Assembly (NCBI GenBank): GCA_012735435.1
Contig: JAAYHH010000011.1
Span: 14,141 to 78,140, forward strand
DNA length: 64,000 nucleotides
Origin: Bacillota bacterium
GTDB lineage: Bacteria > Bacillota > Limnochordia > DTU087
Direction: 5' to 3'
How positions within the stretch are numbered: position 1 is the stretch's first letter; each line of letters opens with the position of its first letter. Both the position numbers and the translations under genes were made by a program. Below are positions 8,186-17,119 of this stretch, one piece after another. The notes under the pieces were generated by a model. It had not been told where the DNA came from, made no database searches, and worked only from the letters and a program-made list of their open reading frames with translations.

Positions 8186-8569
8186 TTAGGTGGCTTGTGG
8201 ACTCTTCACCATCCCTTGCTTTATCACTCCCCTCTTTACCTCAGAGGAGTCGGTATCCTTGGCCTTAAAGTGCTCGAGCATGTAGTTCAGCGCATTCCAG
8301 GGATCAACTGTATCCCCGCAGGTGAATACGTCAATGGCAGCATACTCGTATTCCGGCCACGTATGAATAGCAAGGTGGGATTCAGAGATCACCACAACAC
8401 CACTTACTCCTTGGGGCGCAAATTTGTGAAATGCAACTTCCCGCACTTCCGCCCCAGCGTGCAGCGCCGCCTGTACCATGATGTTTTCGACCTGATCTCT
8501 GTCGTCCAATACCTTAGGATCACATCCATATGCTTCGCACAGGACGTGACGACCCAAAGCATTTTTCAT
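8186..8569 (-). CDS. speD: S-adenosylmethionine decarboxylase proenzyme (small, pyruvoyl type)
   Basis: Contains VVISESHLAIHTWPEYEYAAIDVFTCG (self-cleavage ES site). About 125 aa. Confidence 0.85.
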   Translation of the reverse strand: MKNALGRHVLCEAYGCDPKVLDDRDQVENIMVQAALHAGAEVREVAFHKFAPQGVSGVVVISESHLAIHTWPEYEYAAIDVFTCGDTVDPWNALNYMLEHFKAKDTDSSEVKRGVIKQGMVKSPQAT

Positions 8570-8638
8570 TCCATTCCCAGCCCCCTTCCGGTCTCTCCAC
8601 CCTTCTGTTGATGTGTGGTTTACGACTTTAACAAGAAC

Positions 8639-8666
8639 ATTTTAGCAGACCTGCCCTGCATGTCAA
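8639..8666 (-). promoter_or_regulatory. candidate sigma-A promoter for speD
   Basis: Minus strand TTGACA (8666-8661), 16 nt spacer, TAAAAT (8644-8639). Confidence 0.5.
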
Positions 8667-8692
8667 GCAGTGCAGGCTTAGCTTACTCCTCC

Positions 8693-9940
8693 TTATGCAG
8701 ACCCTTCGGTTTTTGACACAAGGGATTCCACTACATGCCGAAGAGCCAGCTCTACATGTTCTTTACACAGCCCTCCCTGCAGGTACGCTATATAGGGAGC
8801 CCGCAGCGGCCCATCAGCACTTAATTCTATGGAAGAGCCCTGAATGAAAGTACCCCCAGCCATAATGACGGGGTCTTCATAACCAGGCATATCCCCCGGC
8901 ACCGGCTGAACAAAGCTGTCTACAGGAGAGGCTGCCTGAATGCCCTGACAAAAGGTCAGCAGTGCTTCCTTTGTTGACATCTCCACAGCTTGAACAATAT
9001 CCCCTCTCGGCTCATTCCATCGGGGAGAAACGGGATACCCAAGATCTTCCATGACCTTTGCCGCAAGAACGGCTCCGGCAAGTGCCTCACCCACCACGTG
9101 GGGTGCCATCCACAATCCCTGCAGGATCCAGCGATTTAGCCCAAAGGTTGGTCCCAGCTTGCCCCCTAATCCCGGAGCTGTCATTCGATCAGCGACAGCC
9201 TCGAGGAGATGGGCACTACCAACTACATAGCCGCCCCCCGCCACTAGACCCCCGCCAGGATTTTTGATCAGAGAACCAGCTATTAGGTCCGCTCCCACGT
9301 GGCACGGCTCCTGGGTTTCGACAAATTCTCCGTAGCAATTATCGACGAAGATGATAGTCTTGGGGCTGATTTCTCTCACCAGGGAAACAATAGCTCCGAT
9401 TTCATCAATACTTAGGGCTGGGCGCCAGCTGTAACCCCGGGAGCGCTGAATTAGCGCCATTTTGGTTCCAGGGCTGACAGCAGCCAAAATTCCCTCTTTA
9501 CTCCATCTGCCCTCCTCATCCAGCGGTACCTCTCTATAGGAAATGCCCTGGCACACTAAACTTCGGGGCAAATCACCTTTTATGCCGATGACCTGCTGCA
9601 GGGTATCATAGGGGGCTCCAGTGAGGGAGATTAGCTCATCCCCCGGCTCCAACAAAGCCGCGAGGCAAGTGGCTATGGCGTGGGTTCCAGAAACCAGCTG
9701 AGGTCGAACCAGGGCAGCTTCTCCGCCAAAGATCTGGGCATATATAGACTCAATAGTTTCACGGCCGCTGTCGTTATAGCCGTAGCCGGTGCTGCCGGCA
9801 AAATGATACTCACTCACATGATGGTCTTGAAATGCCGCCAGTACCCGGGCTTGGTTGACCAGCTTAATCCTTTCGATCTCATCCCATTTGGGTCTAACGG
9901 CTGTCTTAGCTTCATGAATCAACTGCTGAACTGATTGCAT
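8693..9940 (-). CDS. ynbB: PLP-dependent lyase of the YnbB / aluminium-resistance family
   Basis: About 415 aa. Its position relative to spoVK matches Bacillus ynbB. It has the Cys/Met-metabolism PLP fold pattern (SGTHAI...SLIKNPGGG). Confidence 0.7.
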   Translation of the reverse strand: MQSVQQLIHEAKTAVRPKWDEIERIKLVNQARVLAAFQDHHVSEYHFAGSTGYGYNDSGRETIESIYAQIFGGEAALVRPQLVSGTHAIATCLAALLEPGDELISLTGAPYDTLQQVIGIKGDLPRSLVCQGISYREVPLDEEGRWSKEGILAAVSPGTKMALIQRSRGYSWRPALSIDEIGAIVSLVREISPKTIIFVDNCYGEFVETQEPCHVGADLIAGSLIKNPGGGLVAGGGYVVGSAHLLEAVADRMTAPGLGGKLGPTFGLNRWILQGLWMAPHVVGEALAGAVLAAKVMEDLGYPVSPRWNEPRGDIVQAVEMSTKEALLTFCQGIQAASPVDSFVQPVPGDMPGYEDPVIMAGGTFIQGSSIELSADGPLRAPYIAYLQGGLCKEHVELALRHVVESLVSKTEGSA

Positions 9941-10072
9941 ATTATTCTCCTTATACAGTATCGATTCGATTATGAACTTGAGCTCCTGCTGCTTGCTGCT
10001 CTTGGACCAAGACTATTAACCTGCTGAACCAAGACTCTTCATGGAATCTATTGAAACTGGGCCCTTTGTTTC

Positions 10073-11242
10073 TTAAGAAAAGCGAATGCCGGCATCTTTA
10101 AGCCGCTTCAATGCTGCTTCAATCCTTTCCTTCTCGACACAAAGGGATATGCGGATATACCCCTCGCCATACTCACCATACCCATTTCCTGGTGTGACTA
10201 CAACTCCCGTCTTTTCCAAAAGCTCGGCGGCAAACTGTGTGGAGGTATATCCCTTGGGAACAGGGGCCCATACGTATATGGTACCCTTAGGTTTTTCGAT
10301 CTTCCAGCCTAGTTCCTGCAGACCCTCCACCATGAGATCCCGCCGCTCCCTGTAGACCTCTCTCATAACGTCTACAGAATCCTGGGGTCCACGTAAGGCC
10401 TCTATACCTGCCAGTTGGACAGCAGAAAAAACTCCAGAGTCGATATTGCCCTTAACCCTGGCTAAAGCTTCAATGACTTCTGCATTTCCGGCGGCCCAGC
10501 CCAGCCGCCAGCCGGTCATATTGTAGGTCTTGGAAAGGGAATGGAATTCGATGCCGACTTCCTTGGCACCATCGATCTCAAGAAAACTTAAGGGACGATA
10601 GCCGTCGAAGGCTACTTCGCTGTAAGCGGCATCATGACAGACGATGATATCATACTCCCGAGCGAAGGCAACGACATCTTCGTAAAACTCCCTGGGGGCC
10701 ACTGCTCCAGTGGGATTGTTGGGGTAATTGAGAAACATCAGCTTCGCCTGTTTGGCTATATCGGCGGGAATGGCATCAAGGTCCGGCAGGAATCCGTTCC
10801 GTTCCAAAAGGGGCATCTTATAGCTCCTGCCCCCGGCAAACAAGGTACCGGTGTTGTAAGCGGGATAACCGGGATCGGGAACTAAGTTAATATCCCCGGG
10901 ATCCACATAGCACAGGGAAATATGGGCTAGTCCCTCTTTGGAACCAATTAAGGCCACAATCTCAGAAACCGGGTCAAGTTCTACTCCCCGCCCTTCCCGA
11001 TACCAATCGGCTACCGCCTCCCGAAAAGCAAGCATCCCCTCATAGGTGGGATAGCGGTGGGTCCATGGTTCTTCTACCGCCGACTGCAGTCTCTTGATAA
11101 TGTGGGAAGGAGTTGGCCGATCGGGATCGCCTATTCCAAAGTTGATAATATCAACCCCGGCGGCCTTAGCCTTGGCAATCTTTTTGTCTATCTCAGCGAA
11201 CAAATACGGTGGCAGTTGTTGAATACGTTTAGCAGTTTGCAT
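10073..11242 (-). CDS. dapL: class I aminotransferase, LL-diaminopimelate aminotransferase-like
   Basis: [16 protein letters not shown]...[13 protein letters not shown]...NYPNNPTG...[15 protein letters not shown] (the PLP Lys motif). The start is ambiguous: ATG 11242 is chosen, and the longest ORF begins at TTG 11329. Confidence 0.7.
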   Translation of the reverse strand: MQTAKRIQQLPPYLFAEIDKKIAKAKAAGVDIINFGIGDPDRPTPSHIIKRLQSAVEEPWTHRYPTYEGMLAFREAVADWYREGRGVELDPVSEIVALIGSKEGLAHISLCYVDPGDINLVPDPGYPAYNTGTLFAGGRSYKMPLLERNGFLPDLDAIPADIAKQAKLMFLNYPNNPTGAVAPREFYEDVVAFAREYDIIVCHDAAYSEVAFDGYRPLSFLEIDGAKEVGIEFHSLSKTYNMTGWRLGWAAGNAEVIEALARVKGNIDSGVFSAVQLAGIEALRGPQDSVDVMREVYRERRDLMVEGLQELGWKIEKPKGTIYVWAPVPKGYTSTQFAAELLEKTGVVVTPGNGYGEYGEGYIRISLCVEKERIEAALKRLKDAGIRFS

Positions 11243-11344
11243 CGAACCCGCGGCCAAGCCAAACGCCAGCTGTTCCTTCACCTTTAGTGAGGAAGGCAGG
11301 ATCGGCCGCCTCCACGCCTCCTTTATCAATTCAGTTGTATACTT

Positions 11345-11701
11345 TCAGGGCATAGAAAAAGCTCCCATAAGCAGATTCAATACTTGCCGGAAACATCCTG
11401 CAACTACAGGCCCAAATTCACCGCCTTGAGCTCCAGCTGTCCCATCTTCACTAACTGCTTCCAGGCTGCTATCGTGGTAAACATCGGGAGCACAGTCGGG
11501 CGTCTCTTGATCATGGTCGCTGCCGGCTGCAAGGGATCGGGAATCACAGATGGGACAGCAGCCCTCCTCAAGGCTTCGCCGCCTGGCATCCAAAAGGCCG
11601 TAGGCCATCCCTGCCTGAAACCCCTGGGCAAGTCCCAGCCGGCGGCCCGCCGCAAAACCAGCCAGTATACTCACAAGAATGATCAGTACTATCTTAATCA
11701 C
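11345..11701 (-). CDS. small membrane protein with CCPIC motif
   Basis: GTG 11701 overlaps the upstream stop (GTGATTAA), with GGAGG 8 nt upstream. N-terminal TM IVLIILVSILAGFAA, then EEGCCPICDS. Confidence 0.5.
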   Translation of the reverse strand: MIKIVLIILVSILAGFAAGRRLGLAQGFQAGMAYGLLDARRRSLEEGCCPICDSRSLAAGSDHDQETPDCAPDVYHDSSLEAVSEDGTAGAQGGEFGPVVAGCFRQVLNLLMGAFSMP

Positions 11702-12308
11702 CGGTTTGACCTCCCGTTCCTGCTCCCGATTCCTGGATGATTACAACCACCAGGCTGCCCAATAACACCAGCACCAACTTGAGCAGATCTAAATAGGCCG
11801 AGACAGCGACTGCCAACGCGGCTGCTAGGGCAGTTTCGACTACTCCCCACTTAACAGCCCAATTGCCGGCGCCGGTCAGCCGATCCTCCCGCCGATCCCG
11901 CAGATCATCGATGGCCTGTAAAGCAAAAATTGCTGTCCAAGAGGTCAGCATTTCCTGCCAGTCAAAAAAGAGGAAGGCAAGCAGTCCCAAAATTAAAGCC
12001 TCCTGCCATCCTGTCAGACCCAAGCTCAACGGTCGGGTTAAGTCCCCTCGCATTCCCATGGTATAACTAGCCCAGAAAAGGGTTACAGACCAAACCGGGT
12101 GAGCGGCGGCCCCGAGGCTTAAGGCCGCAAGGGCATAGGGTAAAGCACCTTCTTCAAGTTCAGCGGCCCAAGTCCTCTTGCCTATCATTTGATCGAAGGG
12201 AGCATCTAGATAATCATCCATCAGTTTGACAGCGGTGCCGGTAAAAAAACAGGCCAGGGCCGAGCGGATGAGGGAAAGCATGGGAAGGTCAAAGATGGCG
12301 CCAGACAA
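11694..12308 (-). CDS. integral membrane protein with two Asp-rich motifs (function unknown)
   Basis: TTG 12308 after GAGGTG, overlapping the GTPase gene by 20 nt. About 6-7 hydrophobic spans. Contains KLMDDYLD and AIDDLRDRRED, reminiscent of prenyltransferase Mg-binding motifs. Confidence 0.55.
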   Translation of the reverse strand: MSGAIFDLPMLSLIRSALACFFTGTAVKLMDDYLDAPFDQMIGKRTWAAELEEGALPYALAALSLGAAAHPVWSVTLFWASYTMGMRGDLTRPLSLGLTGWQEALILGLLAFLFFDWQEMLTSWTAIFALQAIDDLRDRREDRLTGAGNWAVKWGVVETALAAALAVAVSAYLDLLKLVLVLLGSLVVVIIQESGAGTGGQTGD

Positions 12309-12897
12309 ATTGTTTCACCTCGGCAAAGCCGGTTTTAAGCAGTGCAGAAATTGGGAGAATTACATGTCCGGGAAACTCCCGGCGAATCTGAACTAAACCG
12401 GCGGCGGCTTCTGGCAGGTCCATTTTGTTGGCGAGAATAGCATATCCTGTCCGCATACCGCCGAATTGAGCAACTTGCCAGTCCACGGGTCCCACAGCCT
12501 CCACTGCGCCCTCCTTACCGACGCTGCTGGCATCAATCAAGTGCAGGATGACGGCAGCTTCCCGAACTTGGGCCAGGGTCTGGGCCATGGCCCGCCTGAC
12601 CATTGATTCTTCGGGAATGCCGTCGGTGAGGCCGCTGGTATCCAGTAGGGCAAAGCGCTTTTTGCCCTTAAGTCCCGGCATCTGAATCTCCAAGCGCTGT
12701 AAACCTAAGGTATGGTGGGGATTTGGACTGGTAAGTTCCTCTACGGCCTCCTTTTGAGTTAAGGTTCGGCGATATGTTTCCCCGTTGGGGGTGGTGAAAT
12801 CTATATCGAGCCGGGAGACCCCGAGGTAGCCGGCAAAGTTGACGGCAAAAAGGGTCTTGCCCACATTAGCTTTGCCGATGATCATGCAAGCTTTCAA
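12289..12897 (-). CDS. small stand-alone GTPase (TRAFAC class)
   Basis: G1 is GKANVGKT, G3 is DTSG, G4 is NKMD and G5 is SAL. TTG 12897 follows GGGGAGGGA, 2 nt after the spoVK stop. Confidence 0.7.
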   Translation of the reverse strand: MKACMIIGKANVGKTLFAVNFAGYLGVSRLDIDFTTPNGETYRRTLTQKEAVEELTSPNPHHTLGLQRLEIQMPGLKGKKRFALLDTSGLTDGIPEESMVRRAMAQTLAQVREAAVILHLIDASSVGKEGAVEAVGPVDWQVAQFGGMRTGYAILANKMDLPEAAAGLVQIRREFPGHVILPISALLKTGFAEVKQFVWRHL

Positions 12898-12899
12898 GC

Positions 12900-13865
12900 T
12901 TACAATCCCTCCCCGAAATCCTCCGCTTCTATATACATCAGGTCTTCCCGGGTCACTTCGCCTGGCTTCTGCACCAACCGGACGGCCTGCCGGCGAATAG
13001 CCAGCTCAATCCAGTTGCGGACGGTGCGGGCATTACCGAAGGTATATGAATCATTACGCAAACCCCTCTGAATCAAAAGGGCCAGCCGCCGGCGCGCTCC
13101 TTCACTCAATCGGTATTGGCGTTTTTCGAGCATCAATTCTGCGATGGCAAGGAGCTCCTGGGCATTGTAATCAGGAAAATCTATATGGATAGGAAACCGA
13201 GACCGCAAACCGGGATTGCTCTGGAGGAAAAAGTTCATTTCCTCGGTGTATCCCGCCAGGATGAGGATGAACTCCTGCTTGTGGTCCTCCATAGCTTTGA
13301 CCAAGGTGTCTATGGCTTCCTTGCCAAAATCCTTTTCGCCGCCCCGGGCAAGGGAGTATGCCTCATCGATAAACAAAATGCCGCCCAGAGCCTTCCTAAT
13401 CTGTTCCCGGGTTTTCTGGGCAGTATGCCCGATATATTCCCCCACTAGGTCTGCCCGTTCCACCTCCACCAGGTGTCCCCTAGGCAGGACTCCCATATGG
13501 CGAAACATGCGGCCTAAAATTCTAGCTACGGTAGTCTTGCCGGTACCGGGATTTCCCCGGAAGATGGTATGGAGAACCAGCGGCTCGGTAACCAGCCGTT
13601 CTTCTGTCCGCCGCTTTTGAATCTGTACAAAGGCTTGAATCTCCCTAACAAGCTGCTTGACCTCTGTTAGGCCGATTAGCCCATCTAATTCAGCCAATAC
13701 ATCCTTTAGCTTCTCCTGGGTTTCCTTAGGCTGGCTGTTTGCAATTTCAACCCGCTCTCCTATAGTTCGAAAAAGGGCAAAGGCTTCGGCCGGCGAAACC
13801 CTGCCCTCCTCCAGCCAGTCCAGGACTTCTTCCACTGTCATCGGGGCTAAATTGCGGTTATGCAT
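12900..13865 (-). CDS. spoVK: AAA+ ATPase, stage V sporulation protein K family
   Basis: Walker A GNPGTGKTTVARILG, Walker B ILFIDEAYSL, and a CbbX/SpoVK-like length and layout. It lies downstream of hfq, similar to Bacillus, where spoVK lies a few genes downstream of hfq. Confidence 0.8.
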   Translation of the reverse strand: MHNRNLAPMTVEEVLDWLEEGRVSPAEAFALFRTIGERVEIANSQPKETQEKLKDVLAELDGLIGLTEVKQLVREIQAFVQIQKRRTEERLVTEPLVLHTIFRGNPGTGKTTVARILGRMFRHMGVLPRGHLVEVERADLVGEYIGHTAQKTREQIRKALGGILFIDEAYSLARGGEKDFGKEAIDTLVKAMEDHKQEFILILAGYTEEMNFFLQSNPGLRSRFPIHIDFPDYNAQELLAIAELMLEKRQYRLSEGARRRLALLIQRGLRNDSYTFGNARTVRNWIELAIRRQAVRLVQKPGEVTREDLMYIEAEDFGEGL

Positions 13866-13946
13866 CCTCCCACCCCACGGATGCTGTGTTTTCGGTGCCT
13901 TATCATATATATGTAAATAGGCTTGTAAATGTGTTGATGATTAGGC

Positions 13947-13984
13947 ATAAAAAAAGAAAAGAGCTCCTTCTGCAGCTCCTTTCT
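13947..13984 (-). terminator. rho-independent terminator after hfq
   Basis: Minus sense AGAAAGGAGCU-GCAGAAGG-AGCUCUUUUCU, followed by a U-run. Confidence 0.55.
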
Positions 13985-14011
13985 TTACAAAACAAAAGAG
14001 TTACGTGGGCT

Positions 14012-14251
14012 TTACTCTCCATTTGAAGGGGTGGCTAGAGTGAAGGGCTTTTGAGGTGTAATCGTTGAAATAGCGTGCTTATAAATCAAGTCATTTCTTC
14101 CGTCGCTTTCCAGCAGTACAGTAAAATTGTCGAAGGCCCGAATAAGTCCCCGCAGCTGCACTCCATTAATCAGATAGATGATGACTGGAATATGTTCCTT
14201 ACGAATCTGATTGAGATAGAAATCCTGCAATCCAATCGCTGTTTTTGCCAT
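14012..14251 (-). CDS. hfq: RNA chaperone Hfq
   Basis: [49 protein letters not shown] (Sm1/Sm2 motifs). ATG 14251 is chosen inside the longer track ORF. Confidence 0.9.
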   Translation of the reverse strand: MAKTAIGLQDFYLNQIRKEHIPVIIYLINGVQLRGLIRAFDNFTVLLESDGRNDLIYKHAISTITPQKPFTLATPSNGE

Positions 14252-14313
14252 ACATGCTCCTCCTAATGCTGCCCGACTGCCGTTGATACACCCCCATGCA
14301 TTCGTATTTCCTT

Positions 14314-15249
14314 TCATATGTGAAAATTCCTCCAATAAATGGACACAATCTTGTGTACTGCGTCACGAATATTTAATCGGTCGAGGTCCAGCCATACGAT
14401 TTCCTTGTCCCGCCGGAACCAGGTTAGCTGGCGCTTGGCGTAGCGGCGGGTATCCCGCTTAAGGAGGCGAACAGCCTCCTCCAAATCATACTCTCCCCGC
14501 AGGTAGCCCACCAACTCCTTGTAGCCTAGGGCCTGCATGGCTGTGGAATCATCACTTAGGCCCTGCTGTAAAAGGCCCCTTACCTCATCCAACAGTCCAG
14601 CCTCCATCATGAGATCGACCCTGGCGTTGATGCGCTCATAGAGCCTGGCCCGATTGCGAATGAGTCCAAACTTCACCGATCTATGCCTGGGTCCCCGCTC
14701 CCTTTGCATCTTAAGGTGCTGGGAAAGGGCCTGACCTGTGGAATAGAATACTTCCAGGGCCCTGATAATCCGGCGGCGGTCATTGGGATGAAGCCTCCGG
14801 GCTGTTTCTGGATCCACCTGGGCTAGCTGCGCATGGAGCGCTTTGTTGCCCTTAATATCCGCCATCTCCTCCAACCTAGCCCGGAGCTCCGGATCCTTTC
14901 CTTCGGGGCTAAACACAAATCCCTGCAAGACAGCTTGAATGTAAAGCCCAGTACCCCCAGTCAAGATGGGAGTCTTGTCCCTTTTGGCCAGGTCTGCAAG
15001 AACTTCCTCCACCATGGCCTGGTAATCAGCGACGCTGAACTCATCTTGAGGATCAACTACGTCCAACAGGTGGTGGGGGATCCCCTGGCGTTCCTCTTCT
15101 GTGGGCTTGGCCGTGCCGATATCCAAGCCTCGATAAACCTGCATTGAATCGGCGGAGATAATCTCTCCATCTACCTCTTTTGCTACCTCAATGGCCAGCT
15201 CCGTCTTGCCTACTGCTGTAGGTCCTACAATTACCAATATGGGGCGCAT
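14314..15249 (-). CDS. miaA: tRNA dimethylallyltransferase
   Basis: [20 protein letters not shown]-loop and [16 protein letters not shown]. Start is ATG 15249 after GTGAAGGG. Confidence 0.9.
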   Translation of the reverse strand: MRPILVIVGPTAVGKTELAIEVAKEVDGEIISADSMQVYRGLDIGTAKPTEEERQGIPHHLLDVVDPQDEFSVADYQAMVEEVLADLAKRDKTPILTGGTGLYIQAVLQGFVFSPEGKDPELRARLEEMADIKGNKALHAQLAQVDPETARRLHPNDRRRIIRALEVFYSTGQALSQHLKMQRERGPRHRSVKFGLIRNRARLYERINARVDLMMEAGLLDEVRGLLQQGLSDDSTAMQALGYKELVGYLRGEYDLEEAVRLLKRDTRRYAKRQLTWFRRDKEIVWLDLDRLNIRDAVHKIVSIYWRNFHI

Positions 15250-15277
15250 GCCCTTCACTCCCACTGTCGTAATTGAT

Positions 15278-17116
15278 TTAGCGCCTGCCGAACCGCCGAT
15301 GAATATCATCTAGTGCCAGCCGCACTATCACAGGCCTGCCGTGGGGGCAAGTAAAGGGGTTCTTGGTATTTAAGAGGCTGTCGATCAGGTCTTGCATCGA
15401 TGTCGGTGATAGTTTTTCACCGGCCTTGACAGCTCCTTTGCAGGCCATGAGAATTAAGGCATTCTCCCGATAATCATTAGTCTCTCCCTTAGTGATAACT
15501 CCCAACAACAGCTCTTCCAGGTCCTTTGCTCCTATCCCGGAAAGTTGAGCAGGAACCGAACGGACCAGGCAGTCCTTTGAGCCGAACTCCTCAACCTCAA
15601 AGCCCAGCTCCTCTAGCCTAGACGACCATTCCAAGATAGCCGCTGCCGCCGCTGGTCCCAGCTCCAAGTGGATTGGTACAAGGAGGGGCTGGGTCTTAAT
15701 GCGGCTTGTCTCTAGTTCTCCTAGAAAACGTTCATAAAGGATCCGCTCATGGGCTGTGTGCTGATCGATCAGCCATAATTCCTTTTCTGCTTCAACCAAG
15801 ATATATGTTGCCTGAAACTGTCCCAGGATCCGGTGGAATGTGTGCTTAGGAGCAAGGCCAGTGTCGGCATTACCACGATGGGAAGGTGCGGCATCTGGTG
15901 TGGAAACCTTTCGCTTGCTCTCAGTGGTGATGGTGACATCACTAGAGGGCAGCCTGCAGCCAGCTTCGATCCCGGCTGCCTTCTTCGGCCGTACCGGGGG
16001 AATCACCGGGATTGCTCTTCTTTCCAGTGAAGGAGAAGGCGCATCCATGGTCTCCTGCACAAAGCTCGGCTTCCCGGCAGGTTCCGTAGTCTCATCCTGC
16101 CGGGGAAAGGCCCAGGGCTCAAAGGGTGTCGTTGCTTCCAGGGCCTGCTTTACAGCCAGCAGCACCTGCCGGTATACTTCGCTGCTCTCACTTAAGCGGA
16201 TCTCCCGCTTGGTGGGATGTACATTGACATCGACCCTGCTTGGCTCTATGGTCAGTGCCAGCACTCCGATGGGAAAACGGCGCCGGGGAAGCAGGGTTTG
16301 GTAGCCCTTTTCCATGGCACTGGCAAGCAGGGGGCTTTCAACGACCCGCCCGTTGACAAGGAATGTCTGTGCCTGCCTATTGCCCCGGTGAATTTCCGGT
16401 TTGCAAATATATCCGCTGATGGTGAGATAGCCGCTCTCCCGGTAAACAGGAACTAGATGTTTGCCGATGCGGGAGCCGTAAATACTCCACATTACCGCCT
16501 CCATGTTGCCGTCACCCGGCGTAACAAAGATCTCTTCCCCATCAGATACCAATCGAAAGCGGACATTGGGATTAGCTAAGGCCAATCGTCCCACAATATC
16601 AAAGACGTAGCGCCGCTCGCTGGCTGCTTGATTGAGGAATTTATAGCGGGCAGGAGTATTGAAAAAAAGCCTCTGTACAGTAACTGCTGTGCCAATGGGC
16701 GCCCCTACACTCTCCAGACGGATCCTTCTGCCGCCTGAGAAGGCGATCAGTGTTCCCATGGGAGCTTCTTGGGTTCTAGTTACCATCTCCAACTCCGACA
16801 CAGCCGCGATGCTGGGCAGTGCTTCACCCCGAAAGCCCAAGGTGACAATCCTAAAGAGGTCATCGGCTGAGCGGATCTTGCTGGTGGCGTGGCGTTCAAA
16901 GGCCAGGGGTACTTCTTCCGGCGGGATGCCGTGGCCGTTGTCTACGATCCTCAGATACTCCTTACCGCCCTCTCGGATTTCAATATCGATACTGGTGGCT
17001 CCAGCATCCAGGGAGTTTTCCACAATTTCCTTGACAACCGAGGCCGGCCTTTCTACAACTTCGCCGGCGGCGATCTTGTTGGCAGTATTCTCTTCCAAAA
17101 CTATAATTGGAGTCAT
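15278..17116 (-). CDS. mutL: DNA mismatch repair protein MutL
   Basis: GHKL ATPase N-terminus IAAGEVVERPASVVKEIVENSLDAGAT and C-terminal dimerisation region. Confidence 0.95.
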   Translation of the reverse strand: MTPIIVLEENTANKIAAGEVVERPASVVKEIVENSLDAGATSIDIEIREGGKEYLRIVDNGHGIPPEEVPLAFERHATSKIRSADDLFRIVTLGFRGEALPSIAAVSELEMVTRTQEAPMGTLIAFSGGRRIRLESVGAPIGTAVTVQRLFFNTPARYKFLNQAASERRYVFDIVGRLALANPNVRFRLVSDGEEIFVTPGDGNMEAVMWSIYGSRIGKHLVPVYRESGYLTISGYICKPEIHRGNRQAQTFLVNGRVVESPLLASAMEKGYQTLLPRRRFPIGVLALTIEPSRVDVNVHPTKREIRLSESSEVYRQVLLAVKQALEATTPFEPWAFPRQDETTEPAGKPSFVQETMDAPSPSLERRAIPVIPPVRPKKAAGIEAGCRLPSSDVTITTESKRKVSTPDAAPSHRGNADTGLAPKHTFHRILGQFQATYILVEAEKELWLIDQHTAHERILYERFLGELETSRIKTQPLLVPIHLELGPAAAAAILEWSSRLEELGFEVEEFGSKDCLVRSVPAQLSGIGAKDLEELLLGVITKGETNDYRENALILMACKGAVKAGEKLSPTSMQDLIDSLLNTKNPFTCPHGRPVIVRLALDDIHRRFGRR

Positions 17117-17119
17117 TCC

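Noticed and set aside
8570-8692. SAM or other riboswitch upstream of speD
   Set aside because: After the candidate promoter the leader is only ~60 nt, and I could not see conserved riboswitch sequence blocks.
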